DNA of 64,000 nucleotides from an uncultured Planctomycetaceae bacterium. GTDB lineage: Bacteria > Planctomycetota > Planctomycetia > Planctomycetales > Planctomycetaceae. Location: positions 64,001 to 128,000 of the forward strand of contig CAWFGE010000007.1 of NCBI GenBank assembly GCA_963815195.1, read 5' to 3'. Below, piece by piece: positions 42,620 to 55,900 of the stretch (its first letter is position 1; the number at the start of each line of letters is the position of its first letter). The notes below the pieces were generated by a model that was not told where the DNA came from, made no database searches, and was given only the letters and a program-made list of their open reading frames with translations. The translations under genes and the position numbers were made by a program.

Positions 42620-43870
42620 ATGCCCCGCATCCAAGACATCGAACGCATCTGGATCGATTTGCCGATGAAGGAAGTTCCGTGGCGGAACATGGTGCGGGAG
42701 AATCCGCATTGGTCGCTGTTCGAGATCTGCAAGGTGACCCTCGACAACGGCGTCGTCGGCGTGGGCGAGACGATGCCTTATTACACCTGGGGCGCGGTGA
42801 CCGATGAAGCTGTCGATCGCACCATCGGCAAAAACCCCGCGGAGGCGATGTGGGACGACTCGCTCGGCGCGGGCCTGCAGATGGCTTTATTTGATGTCGC
42901 CGGACAATTGTTGGAGGCCCCGGTGTGGTCGCTGTTTGGTTCCAAAGTCCGCCGGTTGACGCGCCAAGGCTGGTGGGCGATCGACATGCCCGCCGAGGAT
43001 TGGATCAGCGAATGCGCGGAAGCCGTGGAGAACGGCTACACCACGTTCAAGACCAAGGCCCGGCCGTGGTACGATCTGGAATCGCAAATGGAGCAGCTGA
43101 TGGCGGCCCTTCCGGATTACTTCCGCGTCGATATGGACTTTAACGATTTCGGGCTCGACCCGGCCACGGCCCAACCGCTGTGCAAATCGCTCGAGCGGTA
43201 TCCGGGCATCGCGATTTGGGAAAGCCCGATCCAGCAGGAGGACGTGGAAGGCAACCGCCAACTCCGCCGGCATTTGAACGTGCCCATCGCCCATCACATT
43301 GACCGTCCCGCGTTTCGCACGCAGATCATGGAGGACATCTGCGATGGGTTCGTGCTCGACGGCGGCACGGCCCGCGCGATGCGGAACGGGCGGATCTGTG
43401 CGGAGTTCAACAAACCCTTCTGGCTGCAATGGGTCGGCACAAACCTCGCGGCGACGTATGGCCTGCATGTCCAGGGCGTGCTCAGCCACGCCCGCTGGCC
43501 CGCCATTCATTGCAACCACATGTACGCCGAGCAATTCGTCAAGGAGCCTTGGATCGTGCAAAACGGCATGGCGGAAGTGCCCGACCGCCCAGGCATCGGC
43601 GTGACGATCGATTGGGACATCGTCGAAAAATACCGCATCCCACCGAAGGAAAAGCCTTACCCCTTTCCCGGCCTGTTGCTCCGCATCGATTGGCCCACGG
43701 GAGCGAAATCCTATTTCAGCCACGCCCGGCAAATGTGGGACGCCTTCGGCCAAGGGGAATTGCCCGCGTTCGTTCGCGGCGTGAACCTGGTTCGCGTCTT
43801 GGACGACGGCAGCGCCCTTTGGAAGGACCTTTATGAAAAAGCCCAAACCGCACCGGTCCACGTGGCGTGA
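42620..43870 (+). CDS. Mandelate racemase/muconate-lactonising enzyme family protein
   Basis: GVVGVGET, MALFDVAGQ, FKTK, VDMDFN, WESP, VPDRPGIGVTID. Confidence 0.88.
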   Translation: MPRIQDIERIWIDLPMKEVPWRNMVRENPHWSLFEICKVTLDNGVVGVGETMPYYTWGAVTDEAVDRTIGKNPAEAMWDDSLGAGLQMALFDVAGQLLEAPVWSLFGSKVRRLTRQGWWAIDMPAEDWISECAEAVENGYTTFKTKARPWYDLESQMEQLMAALPDYFRVDMDFNDFGLDPATAQPLCKSLERYPGIAIWESPIQQEDVEGNRQLRRHLNVPIAHHIDRPAFRTQIMEDICDGFVLDGGTARAMRNGRICAEFNKPFWLQWVGTNLAATYGLHVQGVLSHARWPAIHCNHMYAEQFVKEPWIVQNGMAEVPDRPGIGVTIDWDIVEKYRIPPKEKPYPFPGLLLRIDWPTGAKSYFSHARQMWDAFGQGELPAFVRGVNLVRVLDDGSALWKDLYEKAQTAPVHVA

Positions 43871-43910
43871 ATTGCCGGCGCGCCGGTCGGAACGACGCCC
43901 CCGGAATAAC

Positions 43911-43938
43911 AAAACCCCGCTTGGAGGAGCGGGGTTTT
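43911..43938. terminator. Bidirectional terminator
   Basis: aaaaccccgct-tggagg-agcggggtttt between convergent genes. Confidence 0.8.
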
Positions 43939-43963
43939 GCGGGAACCGAGGATTACGGGTGCG

Positions 43964-46900
43964 TCAATCCAACAGCAGCGAGTCGAACAGGCTGTCGTCG
44001 GCGAAGGCTTCGTCCAGTTCTTTCGAAGTCGGCAAACGCCGGGTCCCGGTGGACAACGTGTCGTTCATCAACGCATCCGGATGCAGCTGGGAATGGATGT
44101 CGTCCAGCCCGAGTTTGTGGCCCAGTTCGTGCATGACGACGGTCAGCAGGTCCATCCGGTTCATGGCGGCGGGATTGACGGCGGTGAGCAAGCCGGCTCC
44201 GCTTGGGGCGAATTCTTCATCCTGACCGAGCGTGGGATCGATGAACCAGCCGTTGCCGGCGGCGTTCACATCCAGCACGATCCCGCGTGTGGTGGAATAT
44301 CCCACCAGGTCGCCGCTGAGATCGCCCACCGAAATGTGGACCGTGCGGAGGTAGTCGATGTCGGCTTCCGGCACGCCCGCCGCTTGGAATCGGTTGAGGG
44401 CCTCGTCCACGGCGGCATCGACTTCGTCTTGAGTGAGGTCCGGGGTCTGGCTGCCGGCGGTGCCAACCGTGGCCGCTCGCTGGGTCTGTGTCAGTTCGCC
44501 CCGGACGCCCGCAACGAACACGCCGCCGAAGAAGTTCGGCTCGTAGGGATAAAGGTCCTTGAGGACGAAGCTGGGACTGGCGAAGTTGTTGGCCGCGACC
44601 ACGGGGCCGTTGAAGACCCGCACACGGGGACCGCCGGATTGTCCGGGGCCGGTGATGATGTCGGGGAACGTGTCGCCGTTCACGTCGCCGGTCGCGACGC
44701 GGACGCCGCCGGTGAAGCCGGGATCGTAGGCGAAGAACTGGGAGATCGTCACCACGTTCGACTGGACGTTAAAGACTTTGACGTGAGGCCCGCCGCCGGC
44801 ACCCGCCCCCGTGATGATCTCGGCGGCTCCGGTGCTGTTGTCGATGTTGCCCACCGCGACATAAACGCCGCCGGTGAAGCGGGAGTCGTAGGCGAAGAAG
44901 CTGCGCACCGCCGTGGTGCTTCGGGTCCGCCCGTTGAAGACTTGGACGTGCGGTCCCCCGCCCGCCCCGGCGGCGGTCACGAGGTCGTCGGTTCCGTCGC
45001 CCGTCACGTCGCCGGCCGCCACGCGAACCCCGCCGAAGAAGCCGGGATATGCGAAGAAGCTGAACAGCAGCCGGCTCTCGATGCCGACGGGATTGAACAC
45101 GCGGTTGTTGATCGCTCCGGTGGCGGAGCTGAAGGCTTTGACCCACGAAGAGCCGCCGGCATCGGGCGCGACGATGATGTCGTCAAACGAGTCGCCCTGC
45201 GGCGCGCCCACTTCCGCAAAGTCGCCGGAGGCCACGTAGAGCCCGCCGTAGAAATTCGGATCGTAGGCAAAGAACTGCGTGAGCAGGGCTCCGTTCCGGC
45301 CGCTGAAGACTTTGACGAGCGGTCCGCCGCCCGGACCGGGGACGGTGATGATGTCGGGCGTGCCGTCGTTGTTCACGTCGCCGGTTGCCACGCGGACGCC
45401 GCCTTGGAAGCCGGGATAAGGAACGACGGAGAACCGGACGTGCCCGTCGGCGGAATCCAAAACTTTGACTTCGCCTTCCCGGTCGGGACCGGGGGCCACG
45501 ACGGTGAGGACGCGTTCGACGAATCCGGTGCTGTCCACGATCGTGCCGGTGCCCTGGGTGTCCGGGTTCAAGGGGTCGAACTCGGCCCCCACGGGATTCG
45601 ACAGGTTGACGAAGAAGTTCTCCTCGGGTTCGCCCAGGATCCCGTTCTTTGATCAACGTGATCGTGATGGTCTTCGTCCGTTCGCCGATTTGGAACGTCA
45701 ATTGGCCGCTGCGTGCGACGTAGTCCTGGCCGGCGATCGCGGTGCCGTTCGCGGTGGCGTAATCGATCGTGGTGACCACATCCGCCGGCCGCGAGAGCGA
45801 CACGGTGAAGGTGATCGTATTGGGAGCGCCCAGGCTGGTCGTTTCCGGCGCTTTCTCCGGATCGTTGATGGTGATGGTGGGAGCATCGTCGTTGACGATC
45901 ACGGCTTCTCCAGCACCGTCTTCGATGCTCGACAGCCCCAAGACGTTCGACGTGTCGGCGGGATCGACCACGCGGCCGTTCGACAGCCGCACGAAGAAGT
46001 TTTCGGTCGGCTCGTTCGTCAAGTCGCCCAGAACATCCACCGTAATGTCCTTGCTCGATTCGCCGGGGGCGAACGTCAACGTGCCGGACAGCGCGGTAAA
46101 GTCCACATCGGGAGTCGCGGTTCCATCCGGGACGAACGGTCCGCCCACCGGCGGCGGCGGGGTGACCGCGTGGCCTTGGATGGCGATGTTCAAGGTGTAG
46201 GTGGCCCCCGCCGGAACCGTCGCTCCGGTGATCCCGCCCGGATCCCCGTTGGAGTCAAACGCCCCGACGCCGAGAATATAGGTTCCCGCGGCGAATGTGC
46301 GTTGAATGAAGGAATCCAAGGTGCTCGTGCTGCCGTCGTCGAGGAAGTTGCCGTCGTCATTGCTGGCAACCAGATTCCCCGCCGTGTCGTACACGAACAG
46401 TTCGGTGTCGAAGGAGGCCCCGTCGATATCGAAGATGCCGAGTTGCCCCGTGCTTACGGTGAATTTGTAGTAATCGAACGTTCCGTCCCCGGTGCCGGAG
46501 ATGGTGATATGCGGAAACGCCGTCGAAACATCGTTGCCGAGGCTGTCGTCGATATTGTCGTTCTGCGTGAGCGTGAACCCGGCATTATCGACGAACTGGG
46601 CCGTGGCCAGCGTGTTGTTCGGTTCCACTTCGTTTACGGAGCCGGGCGTCGGCGGGAAATAGTTGTCTATGGAAATGTGCAGACGGTATTGGTCGCCGTT
46701 GTTTAAGGGCGTGCCGGTCAACCCGTCTCCGAGGTTGGGTCCCACTGCGGAAGTGGAACGCCCCACGGCGAGGATGTAGGTGCCGTCGGCGGAGAGGACC
46801 TGTTCCAGGAAGGCGTCCTCTGTGCTTTCGCTCGGCCGGCTCACGTCGGTGGGCGTGGCGGGATCGGGATCCAAGGCGTCGCCGTTGGGACCGCCGTTCT

Positions 46901-49900
46901 CGAAGCCATCGTCGTTGGACGCGACGAGGTTGCCCGCCGCATCGAACAGGAACAGCTTGGAATCGAACGAGGCCCCGTCGATGTCGAAGATCGCCCGATC
47001 CCCGGCCGACGCCGCGAACGAGAAGTAATCGAATGAACCGTCGCCCCGCCCCGCGTAAGTCACGTGGGGAATCGTGGTCGAGGTGTTGACGCCGTTTTGA
47101 TCCGTGATGTTCGGATTCATGCTCGTGGAAAAGGCCCGGCGATCGAGCATTTCCGGAGTTTGGAGGGAATTGTTCGGCTCGTTCTCGAACACAATGCCGG
47201 TCGGTGCGGCCGCATTCCCCACGCTGGTGTTGTAGTCCACCTGGACGGAATTGGTGCGGTTCGGATCGTCGTTCAAGAGCGTGACGGTGAAGACCGCCGG
47301 CGTGGTTCCCGAGTTGCCTTCGACAATGTTGCCGGCGTCGGAGATCGCAAACCGGGGATCGTCGTCCAGAATCGTGCCCACGCCCGCGTTGAGGGCGTGG
47401 CCTTTGATCGACAGGTTCAGCGTGTAGGCGTCTCCGGCTTCGGGGGCCTGGCCCGCGACGCCGCCCAGCGTGAAGAACGAATCCTTCTTGCCGACGGTGA
47501 CGTAGTACGTCCCCGCGCTCAACGTCGTGCCCAAGTCGAGGAACGATTCGCCGCCGAAGCTGTCTCCCGGATCGGCCGCTGCCTCGTCGTCGTTTTCCGC
47601 AACGAGGTTGCCGTTGATGTCGTACACGAAGAGTTCCGTGTCGAAATTCGCCTGGTCGATGTCGAGAATCACCTGCTGTTTGTCTTTGACGGTGAACGAG
47701 TAGGTGTCGAACGTGCCATCCCCCAGGCCTTTGATGGACAGGTGCGGAATGAGCGTCGCGTTTTGGATGTTGGAGTTGGTTCCCAGGCCGAACGGGGCGG
47801 CATCCACGTTCTGCACGCTGTCGATTTCGTTGATCGTCGAAACGCCCGCGGCGGTCGCGTGGTTTTCGATGGACAGTTGCAGCCGATAGTTGTCCCCCGC
47901 TTCCGGCGCCAGGCCGGTGATCCCGTTCGGGCCGCTGTTGGAATCGAATTTCCCGACGCCGATCACATAAGTTCCGTCCGCGGCGAACGTGTGCTGGAGG
48001 AAGGCGTCATCCTTCGATGCGCTGCCGCTGTCCACGGTCGCGATGTCGTCGTTCGAATCGAGCAGGTTTCCGGAGAGATCGTAGAGGAACAATTCCGAGT
48101 TGAAATTCGCCGCGTCGATGTCGAACGTGGCCAGATCGCCGGCCGCCACCGTGAAGGAGTAATAATCGAAGGACCCGTCGCCGGTTCCGTTGATCGACAA
48201 GTGGGGCACGGTTGTCGAATCGGTGATGTTGGCGTTGTTGCCCAAGCCGAACGGAGCGTTGTCCACGTTTTGAGCCGCGACGATGCTATTGTTGGCCTGG
48301 TTCGGTTCGACCTCGTTGATCGCATTCACCTCGCCTTGCGAGGGGGTGTCCAACACCAGCGCGAACTGCTCGTTGCCTTCGGGAAGATTGTCCGCCTTCA
48401 CCGTGACGGTGACGGTCTTGGACAATGGACCGGGAGCGGTCTCCGTGATCACGTTCGGGCCGGTTCCCAAAGCATGGTCTTCCAGCGAAACTTGCAGGCG
48501 GTAGGTGTCCCCGGTCGTCAACGCCTGTCCGGTGATTCCGTTCGCGCTGCCGGTGGAGTCGAACCGGCCCACGCCGATGACGTAAGTCCCCGCGTTCAAG
48601 AACACGTGGTCGATCAGCGGCTGCGTGGTGGAGGAACCGTCGCCCGTGTTGGGCGGGGAATCGTCATTGGCGTCGATGAGATTCCCATTCAGATCATACA
48701 GGAACAATTCCCCGTTAAAGTTGGCGCGGTCGATGTCGAAGATGCCGCGCGAACCGGCATCCACGGTGAAGGAATAGTAATCGAAGGTTCCATCCCCGGT
48801 GCCGTCGATGGACACGTGCGGAATGGTGGTGGAACTTTGGATCTCGGGATCGGGCAGTTGGGCGAAGCCCGCCTTATCGATGTTTTGATTGGAATCGATG
48901 GGGCGGAAGATCAAGGTGCCCGCCGTGGAAGCGTAGTCGCTGGGGCTCTGAGCCGTCAGATTCTGCGTGTGGTACGGAACCGTGACCGCCGAGGTCAACG
49001 GCAACGGCACGGCCGAGGCCGTCACGGTGAAGGCCACCGTCTTGGTGTTGGGCGTGTCGCTGGGGTCTCCTTCGAGAACAGCCACGTTGCTCACGGAGAA
49101 CTTGGGATCGTCATCGACGATCGTTCCGGTCACCTGCAACATGGTCAGGCCCGGCCCCCCGGGATTGCCGGCGTCGACAAAGGCGGCCCCGTTCGCGTTG
49201 AACAGATCCACGAAGAACTGCTCGGTCGGGGATTCCTGCATCAAATCGCCGATGACGGGCACGGAAAACGTTTGGCTCACCGACCCGGCGGGAATCGTCA
49301 CGGAACCGGCCGTTGTCACATAATCCACGTCGGCCGTGGCGGTGTCCTGGGTCGTGCTGTAATCGAAGGTGACATCAAACGCCGGAAGATTCGCCGGATC
49401 GATGGGAGTCCCGTCGGCCCCCCGCAGCGTCGCCGTGAAGATCATGTTCTTCTGGCCGCTGTCGCCTTCGACGATCTGGCCGTTCGTCACGTCGAGTTTC
49501 AGGTCGTCGTCGGTGATCGTTCCCACGCCGAGGTCGTCGCCGATGTTGGCGTTGACCGGGTTGGACAGCCGCACGAAGAACTTTTCGCTGCGTTCGGCCA
49601 CGTCGTCCCCGATGATCGTGATGTTGTCAGGATTGACCGGAATCCGTAGGGTCAACGAGCCGTCCGGATTGGTGATGATCTTGCTGTTCGGGTCCGTCGT
49701 GTCGAACACCAGCGTGCCCGTGGTGACCGTCGTCGAGAAGTCCACGCCCAAAGTGGCGGCGTCGGGGCCGGTGGCCTGTTCCACGGTATAATCCACGGAG
49801 ACCACCTGGCCGACATCCGCCGAGAGCGTGACTTCAAAGTACTGGCTGGCCGCGTCGTTCAGGACGGTGAAGTCGCCGGCGTTCCCTTCCAGGACCGTCA

Positions 49901-52900
49901 CATCGCCAATGGACAATTCCGGCGGCGGATCGAGTGTGATCGAGAACACCGTTGTCCCGTCGCTGCGGTTCGCCAACAGCGCGTTCCCCGCCAGGTCGCG
50001 AATGATCGGATTGGTCGCGGGGAACAACAGCCCGGCGTTGAAGTTTGGATCCGTGTCGTCGGTCGTCAACTGGCCGTTGACCAGCGCGATCGGCTGTCCG
50101 CTGTTCAGCACAACCACGTAATCGCCGATGGGGAAGACCCCGCTCGCGGCGTCGAACGTGAGCTGTTTGGTGTTGGTGTTGTACCGGAGCAGATACTGGT
50201 TCTGGTCCTGCAAGAGTTGGTAGGCGGTTCCGCCGTGCGGCCGGCGGAGCAGAGCCACGTTGCCGAGCTCGTCGATGCCGTTGCCGTCGAGATCCTGGTA
50301 GACGCTCAGGTCTTCGATCCCGATCCCAATATCGTTCAGGCCGATGATGAACTGACGCACGGTCTGGTTGACCAGCCGGACGCTGTCGGCCTGGAAGTCC
50401 AAGTCCCCGTTGGGGTCGACGGTCGGCGGTTTCACCGAGGCGTCCTGCGGCGAAATGATTCCCGAGGTCGGGCCGGCAAAGTCGGCGCGTTCCACGGCCC
50501 CGCGGTCGTAGAAGACCTTGTTGCCCTGTCCGGTGTTTTGGATGCGGGGGTCGTCGATCCGCTGCTGGCCGAACCGGTCCACCTCCGGAGCGATCAGGTT
50601 CGATTGCGGAATGCCGATGGAATTGGCCACCTGCACGATTTCGGGCCGGTCGATGAAGCCGTCGCGGGCGCTGTCGATCGCGCTGGGCACGCCTTGAGGA
50701 ACCGCTGCGAGATAGAAGTTGTTGGTCTTGGGATCGACGAACAGTTTCAGGTTGGGATCGAAGTTGATCGCATTGCTGCCGGGCAGATCGTTGATGCCCG
50801 CGTTCTGGTACAGGCCGTGCGAAACGATGGTGGTCGCCGCGATGGTATCGCCTGCGGGGAGATCGATCGCAAACTGCGTATTGGCGATGATGTTGTTGAT
50901 CAAGGTCGGGCTGGAATTGCTGATGCGAATTCCAGTGCCCGTCGCTTGTTGGGCTCCATAGATCGTGTTGTTGATGATCCGGTGGAACGGGACGGCGGCC
51001 AGAGGCCCGGCCCCGCTGTTGTCGTCGCCTCGGAGTTCGATGCCCGCGTCCGAGAAGCCGGCGATCACGTTGTTGGAGATCTTCACGCCCCGCGTCAGCC
51101 GCTGGTCGTTGGTCGTGGGCAGTGCCCGCGGCGCGCCCGGGACCGGGTTGTCGCCGGATTGCGTTTGAGAGCGGTCGTCGTTGATGAGAATCCCCGTCGT
51201 CAACGAGTTCGTGATCTTGTTCTGCGAGATCTGGACGGACCCTTGCAGCCGCTCCATGTTGCTGTCGCCCACGAACGGGAACTCGCTGAAGCCGTCGTTG
51301 ACTTCGCTCTTCACGAGCAAGCTCACGTTGTCCACCGTGACGTTGAAGTTCGGCGTGGAGTTCTGCATGCTGAACTGCAGCACGAGGGTCTGCCCTTCGC
51401 GGACTTGGAGCAGGCTCGTCAAATCGATGCTGTGGAGATTCGGACCGGGCTGATTTATGGGATCGCCGGGATTGGTCGAATACAGCACGGTGATGACGTT
51501 GCCCAGAACGTCCAGGAGCTCCACGCGGAATTCCTGGTTGGGGTCCATGAAGGCAAACTGGCTGGAGATGCGGTCTTCCCAACTCAATCTCGCCGCGAGC
51601 ACGTTGTCGGGCACGACAAAACTCTGCGACAAGGTCGACAGGCCGGGGGAATCGGTCACGGCGTCGAACAAACCGGAAATCGCCGGGTCCGTACCATCGG
51701 GACCGCGGGGGTTGAACGTTCCGTTGTTGATGGTCCAGTTGGAGAGGTTGCCCGTGCCGAAATCATTCGGCTCGACTTCCGGCACCGGATCGACTCCGCC
51801 GCCGGACACCTTATTGTCAATCGAGATATTCAGCGTGTAGCTGTCGCCCGCATCCGGCGGATTGCCGGTGACATAACCGCCGGCGTCGAACGAATTGAAC
51901 TCGCCCACGACGATGAAGTAGGTCCCGGACAGCGTGAAGCGGAAGTCTTGAATCAAAGCGTCCGAGAATCCCGGATCCGCGGGGAAGCCGGCGCCGAAGT
52001 CGTCATCGTTTGACGTCAGGAGGTTCCCGAAGCTGTCGTAAAGGAACAGTTCCGAGTCAAGCCCGAAACTTTGGTTGTCGATATCGAACGTGGCCCGGTC
52101 GCCGGCATTCACGGTGAACGAATAATAGTCGAAGGTGCCGTTCCCGGTGCCTTGGACGCTGATGTGCGGCCGGGTGTCCGAGTTGTAGATCGTGGGATCG
52201 AGCGTGGTGTTCCAGTTGGCGCCGTCGAGGTTCTGGGCGAAGTTCGCCAGAGGCGGCGGGCTGACGCTCCGCTGCCAGTTGGCGAAGTTGCCCGTCTCGA
52301 AGTCGCCGTTGTCGATCAACTGCGTGTCCTGCCGCGGATCGTTATAGGTGTCGGCGAAGTATTGGAAGTTCAAGTTCCCCAGGATATTGAAGTTGCTGGG
52401 GTTATTGAGCGGACCGCCGCCCGCCGCCGTCGTGTGGTTTTCCAGGGCCACGTGCAGCGTGTAGTAGTCGCCCAAGTCGGGGGCGTTGCCGGTGATGCCG
52501 CCTTGGCTGCCGACGGCTCCGGACTCGCCGACGCCGATGATATAGGTCCCTGCCTTCGTAAACGTGTACTTGATATAGGAATCGAAAGGACTCCGGCTTC
52601 CCGTATCGAACGGGATGGCGGCGACGTCGTTCTCCGCCAAGAGGTTGCCTTCCGAATCGTACAGGAACAGGGCCGGGTTGAACGTGGCGCTCGAGCCGTC
52701 CATGTCGAAGTAGCCAATATCGCCGGCGTGCACGTCGAACTTGAAGTAGTCGAACGCGGCGTCTTCCGTGCCCGTGATGCTCACATGCGGGACGGATTCG
52801 GAGATGTTGGTGTTGACATCGTCATTGATGTTGGGATTGAACGCGAGGGAGAAGTCGACTTTCTCGAGGTCGAGCGCCGTGGCGAGCGTGTTGTTGTCCA

Positions 52901-55900
52901 CGCGGTCCCCGATCTCGCCTCCCAGTCCCAAACCCACCGCCGTATCGCCGCCGACCGTGGCGGTGATCGTCCCGAACAGATTGATTTCGCTCGACATCCC
53001 GCCATTCAAGGAACCCGCGGCCGTGCCGTCGCTCAAGGCGGCGGTCATGTTCAGCCGGTTCAGCACGGCCGTGCTGTTAAACAGATCCCGCAAGTGGGAC
53101 GCGACCACGTGGGCGCTGTCGGTTGCATAGAATCCGATGGCGAAATCGGACGTCGGATCGATGCCGAAGTTCGCATCGCCCACGCGAAGGTCGAGGTTCT
53201 CAAACTCGAACGTGGCCGAATGGACGCCGTCGGAGAGTTGGAACCGCTGCCCGTCGAACAACTGAGAGCCGTCGGGAAGCTGGATGGTCACCGCCTTGGT
53301 CAGCCGGTCGTTGGTATCCAGCACTTGCTTGGGATAGAAGACATTTTGCTCGGACACCGGAACGCTGCCGAGGGTGTGCTCGGTTCCCCGGCGGACTTCC
53401 AGTTGGTAATCCCCGGTTTCAATGTCGAGGGGATTTTGCAGCGTATTCGAGGTGAACAGAGTGTTGTTGGTTCCGTCGGTGGCGATTTCCCCGCGTTCGG
53501 CGAAGCCGATGACGATGTCGTCGATATACACGCCGTCGTGATTGTTGTTCTGTGCGCGGAGGGTGCTGTTATAGGCGCCCAGCACGTCGCCCGGCAGACC
53601 GCCGTCGCTGTTGGCGTAAGGATCGTCGCGCGAAAGGTCTTCGCTGCTGAGGCCCAGCGGACCGGCGTCGATCACGTTGTGCCCGATGATCCGCACGACG
53701 TTGCGGTACGTCTTGATGTTCTCGATCGGCAACTCGATGTTCGCCAGCAAGTGCTGGGCGATGACAATCCGCATCCGGTCGGCGACTTCGCTGGCGGTCA
53801 TCGACGAGTCGATATTCACCGCCCAGTGCAGCGGATTGGAAAGACCCGCCTTTTCGACCGCCAGCCTCAAGGTTTGCCCTTGAATCGAGGGATTGATCTG
53901 GACGTTGTCGCCGTCGTAGATGCTGACGTTGCGGCCGTCCTGGAAGGCGGTGATGTCGCCGTTGGGGAACGCGTCGCGAATGGCTTTGACGAGCCGGGCC
54001 GCGATGACTTCGGACGAGTTGGTCGCCACATAGTCCACGCCAAAATGGCCGGGGGTGATCGCGGGGTTCAGTCCGTTGAGGTCGTTGAACTCGAACACGT
54101 AATCTTGCCCGCCCAGCGTGATCGTGACGGATTCCGCGTCGAAGAGTTGGTTCCCCGAGGGGATGGCCACCACGGATGCATTGCTCAGAATCATGTTGTT
54201 CGTGCCGCCCAACCGGGCGTTGCCTTCGCTGACGCTTTGCGCCCCGGGCAAGTCGGGGTTCGCCCCGTTCAGGTTGACCCGCGCCCCGTTTCGATGCGAG
54301 GTGAGCTGGAGCGTCGCGAAGTTGAGCGCGATCGCCTGGGCGAACTTGTCCGCGAGCGTGTCCGCGGTGTCGGTGCGGAGATAGTTGATGACGTAGTTCC
54401 CCGCGCCGTTTTGGCCCGGCGTCGCCGAGGTCGGATCGTTGAACTCGAACGTCACGGTTCCGAATTGGCTGGTGACGGTGAGGGTGTCGCCATCCACCAG
54501 TTGTGCCCCGGCGGGCAGGATCACGGTGTGATCCAGGTTGAACTCGAAGGTCACATCGCCCAAAGACACCGGCGCCAAATTGCGATTCGAGTTGTCGAAC
54601 GTCTCAATCGTGAAGGTCTGGCCGTCGCGGATGTCCTTGCCGGCGATCGCCCGCAGTTCGTCGCCGGTGGTGTACATGTCGCCGAGGTTCATCGACGCGG
54701 CGTTGCTGAAATCGAACCGCAGACGCAGATTGTCTTTCCCCGCCCAGGCCGCGAGGTCCACGCGGACCTGCCGCCAGCGGGCGTTGTTGGGATTTTGGGG
54801 ACTGTTGACATCAGCGGGCGTGCTGCGGTCGAAGAGTTCCTGCACCTGGAACGGCGAATCGTTCGCCACGTCGGCGGGTTTGTAGGTCTTGTCGCCGAAG
54901 ATATACGAATCGTTCGTCGCGAGCAGGTCCCAGTTGCCGCTGTCGTCGGCGATAAACACCCGCACGGCGTCGCGCATCGGCCCGGTGCCGGGCGTCGAGC
55001 TTTGCTCCTCGGTTTCGGAATAGTAGTTGAAATACAAGACGGGCTGGTCGGCGGCGGCGTATCCGTTGAGGCTGAACGTGTCGGTTTCCACGCTGCCGTG
55101 GGCACCGCCGGTGAAGTTCGCCGTGTTGCCGAAGTGGATACTCTGCCCCCCAGTGCGTCCATTGCGGTCCGCGACGGGGCTGTCCGTGGAAGCGCCCGTC
55201 CCGCCCGCATTGATGCCGTGACCGTCGTCGATCGCCGCCACCCCGCCTCGGGCTCCGGTATCGGCCCAGAGGTTGGAATCCAGGTTGGAGAACGACAACC
55301 CTTCCGCCCCGGCGATGCCGGTTTCCATGGAGATGCGCCCGTCCAAAAAGATGGGCACGAATTCGACGCTCTCGTTCGCATCGCCCGCGTTCACGAGACG
55401 GAAGGCCCACAACGTGCCCGACGAGTCGATGCCCACGAACACATTGCTGTAGATTCCGCCTTCGACGTTCGGCGGCGCGATCGTCAGGCCGGTGAAATCG
55501 ATCGGCTGATCGGTGACCGGATTTTTGATTTGCGCAATGAAGTCGGCCTGGGCCCCCCGGCTGGTCGTGCCGGGATTGGAGTTGGCCCCCCCACCCTGCC
55601 CGACAATGCGGAAGAAGCCGCCGCCGCCGCCGGGACCGGTTGCATTACTGACGGCATAAAGCTCGCCGTTGGCGCCGGGGACGGCATCCATCACGGTCAG
55701 ACCCGTGATGAGACCGCCGGGAGCGGTGCCCGTGATCATAAAGACGTCGTCGGTTCCCGGATCGTTGAACACGGCGGTGCCGTTGTTCGAAAGCCGAACC
55801 GTGTCATTGAACTGCGTCGCGGTGATGCCGGCCTGGGCGTTGATGATGGTGGCGATCCGCTGCGCCAATTCCTGGGCCGTGTCGTCCGCCCAGAATTCGA

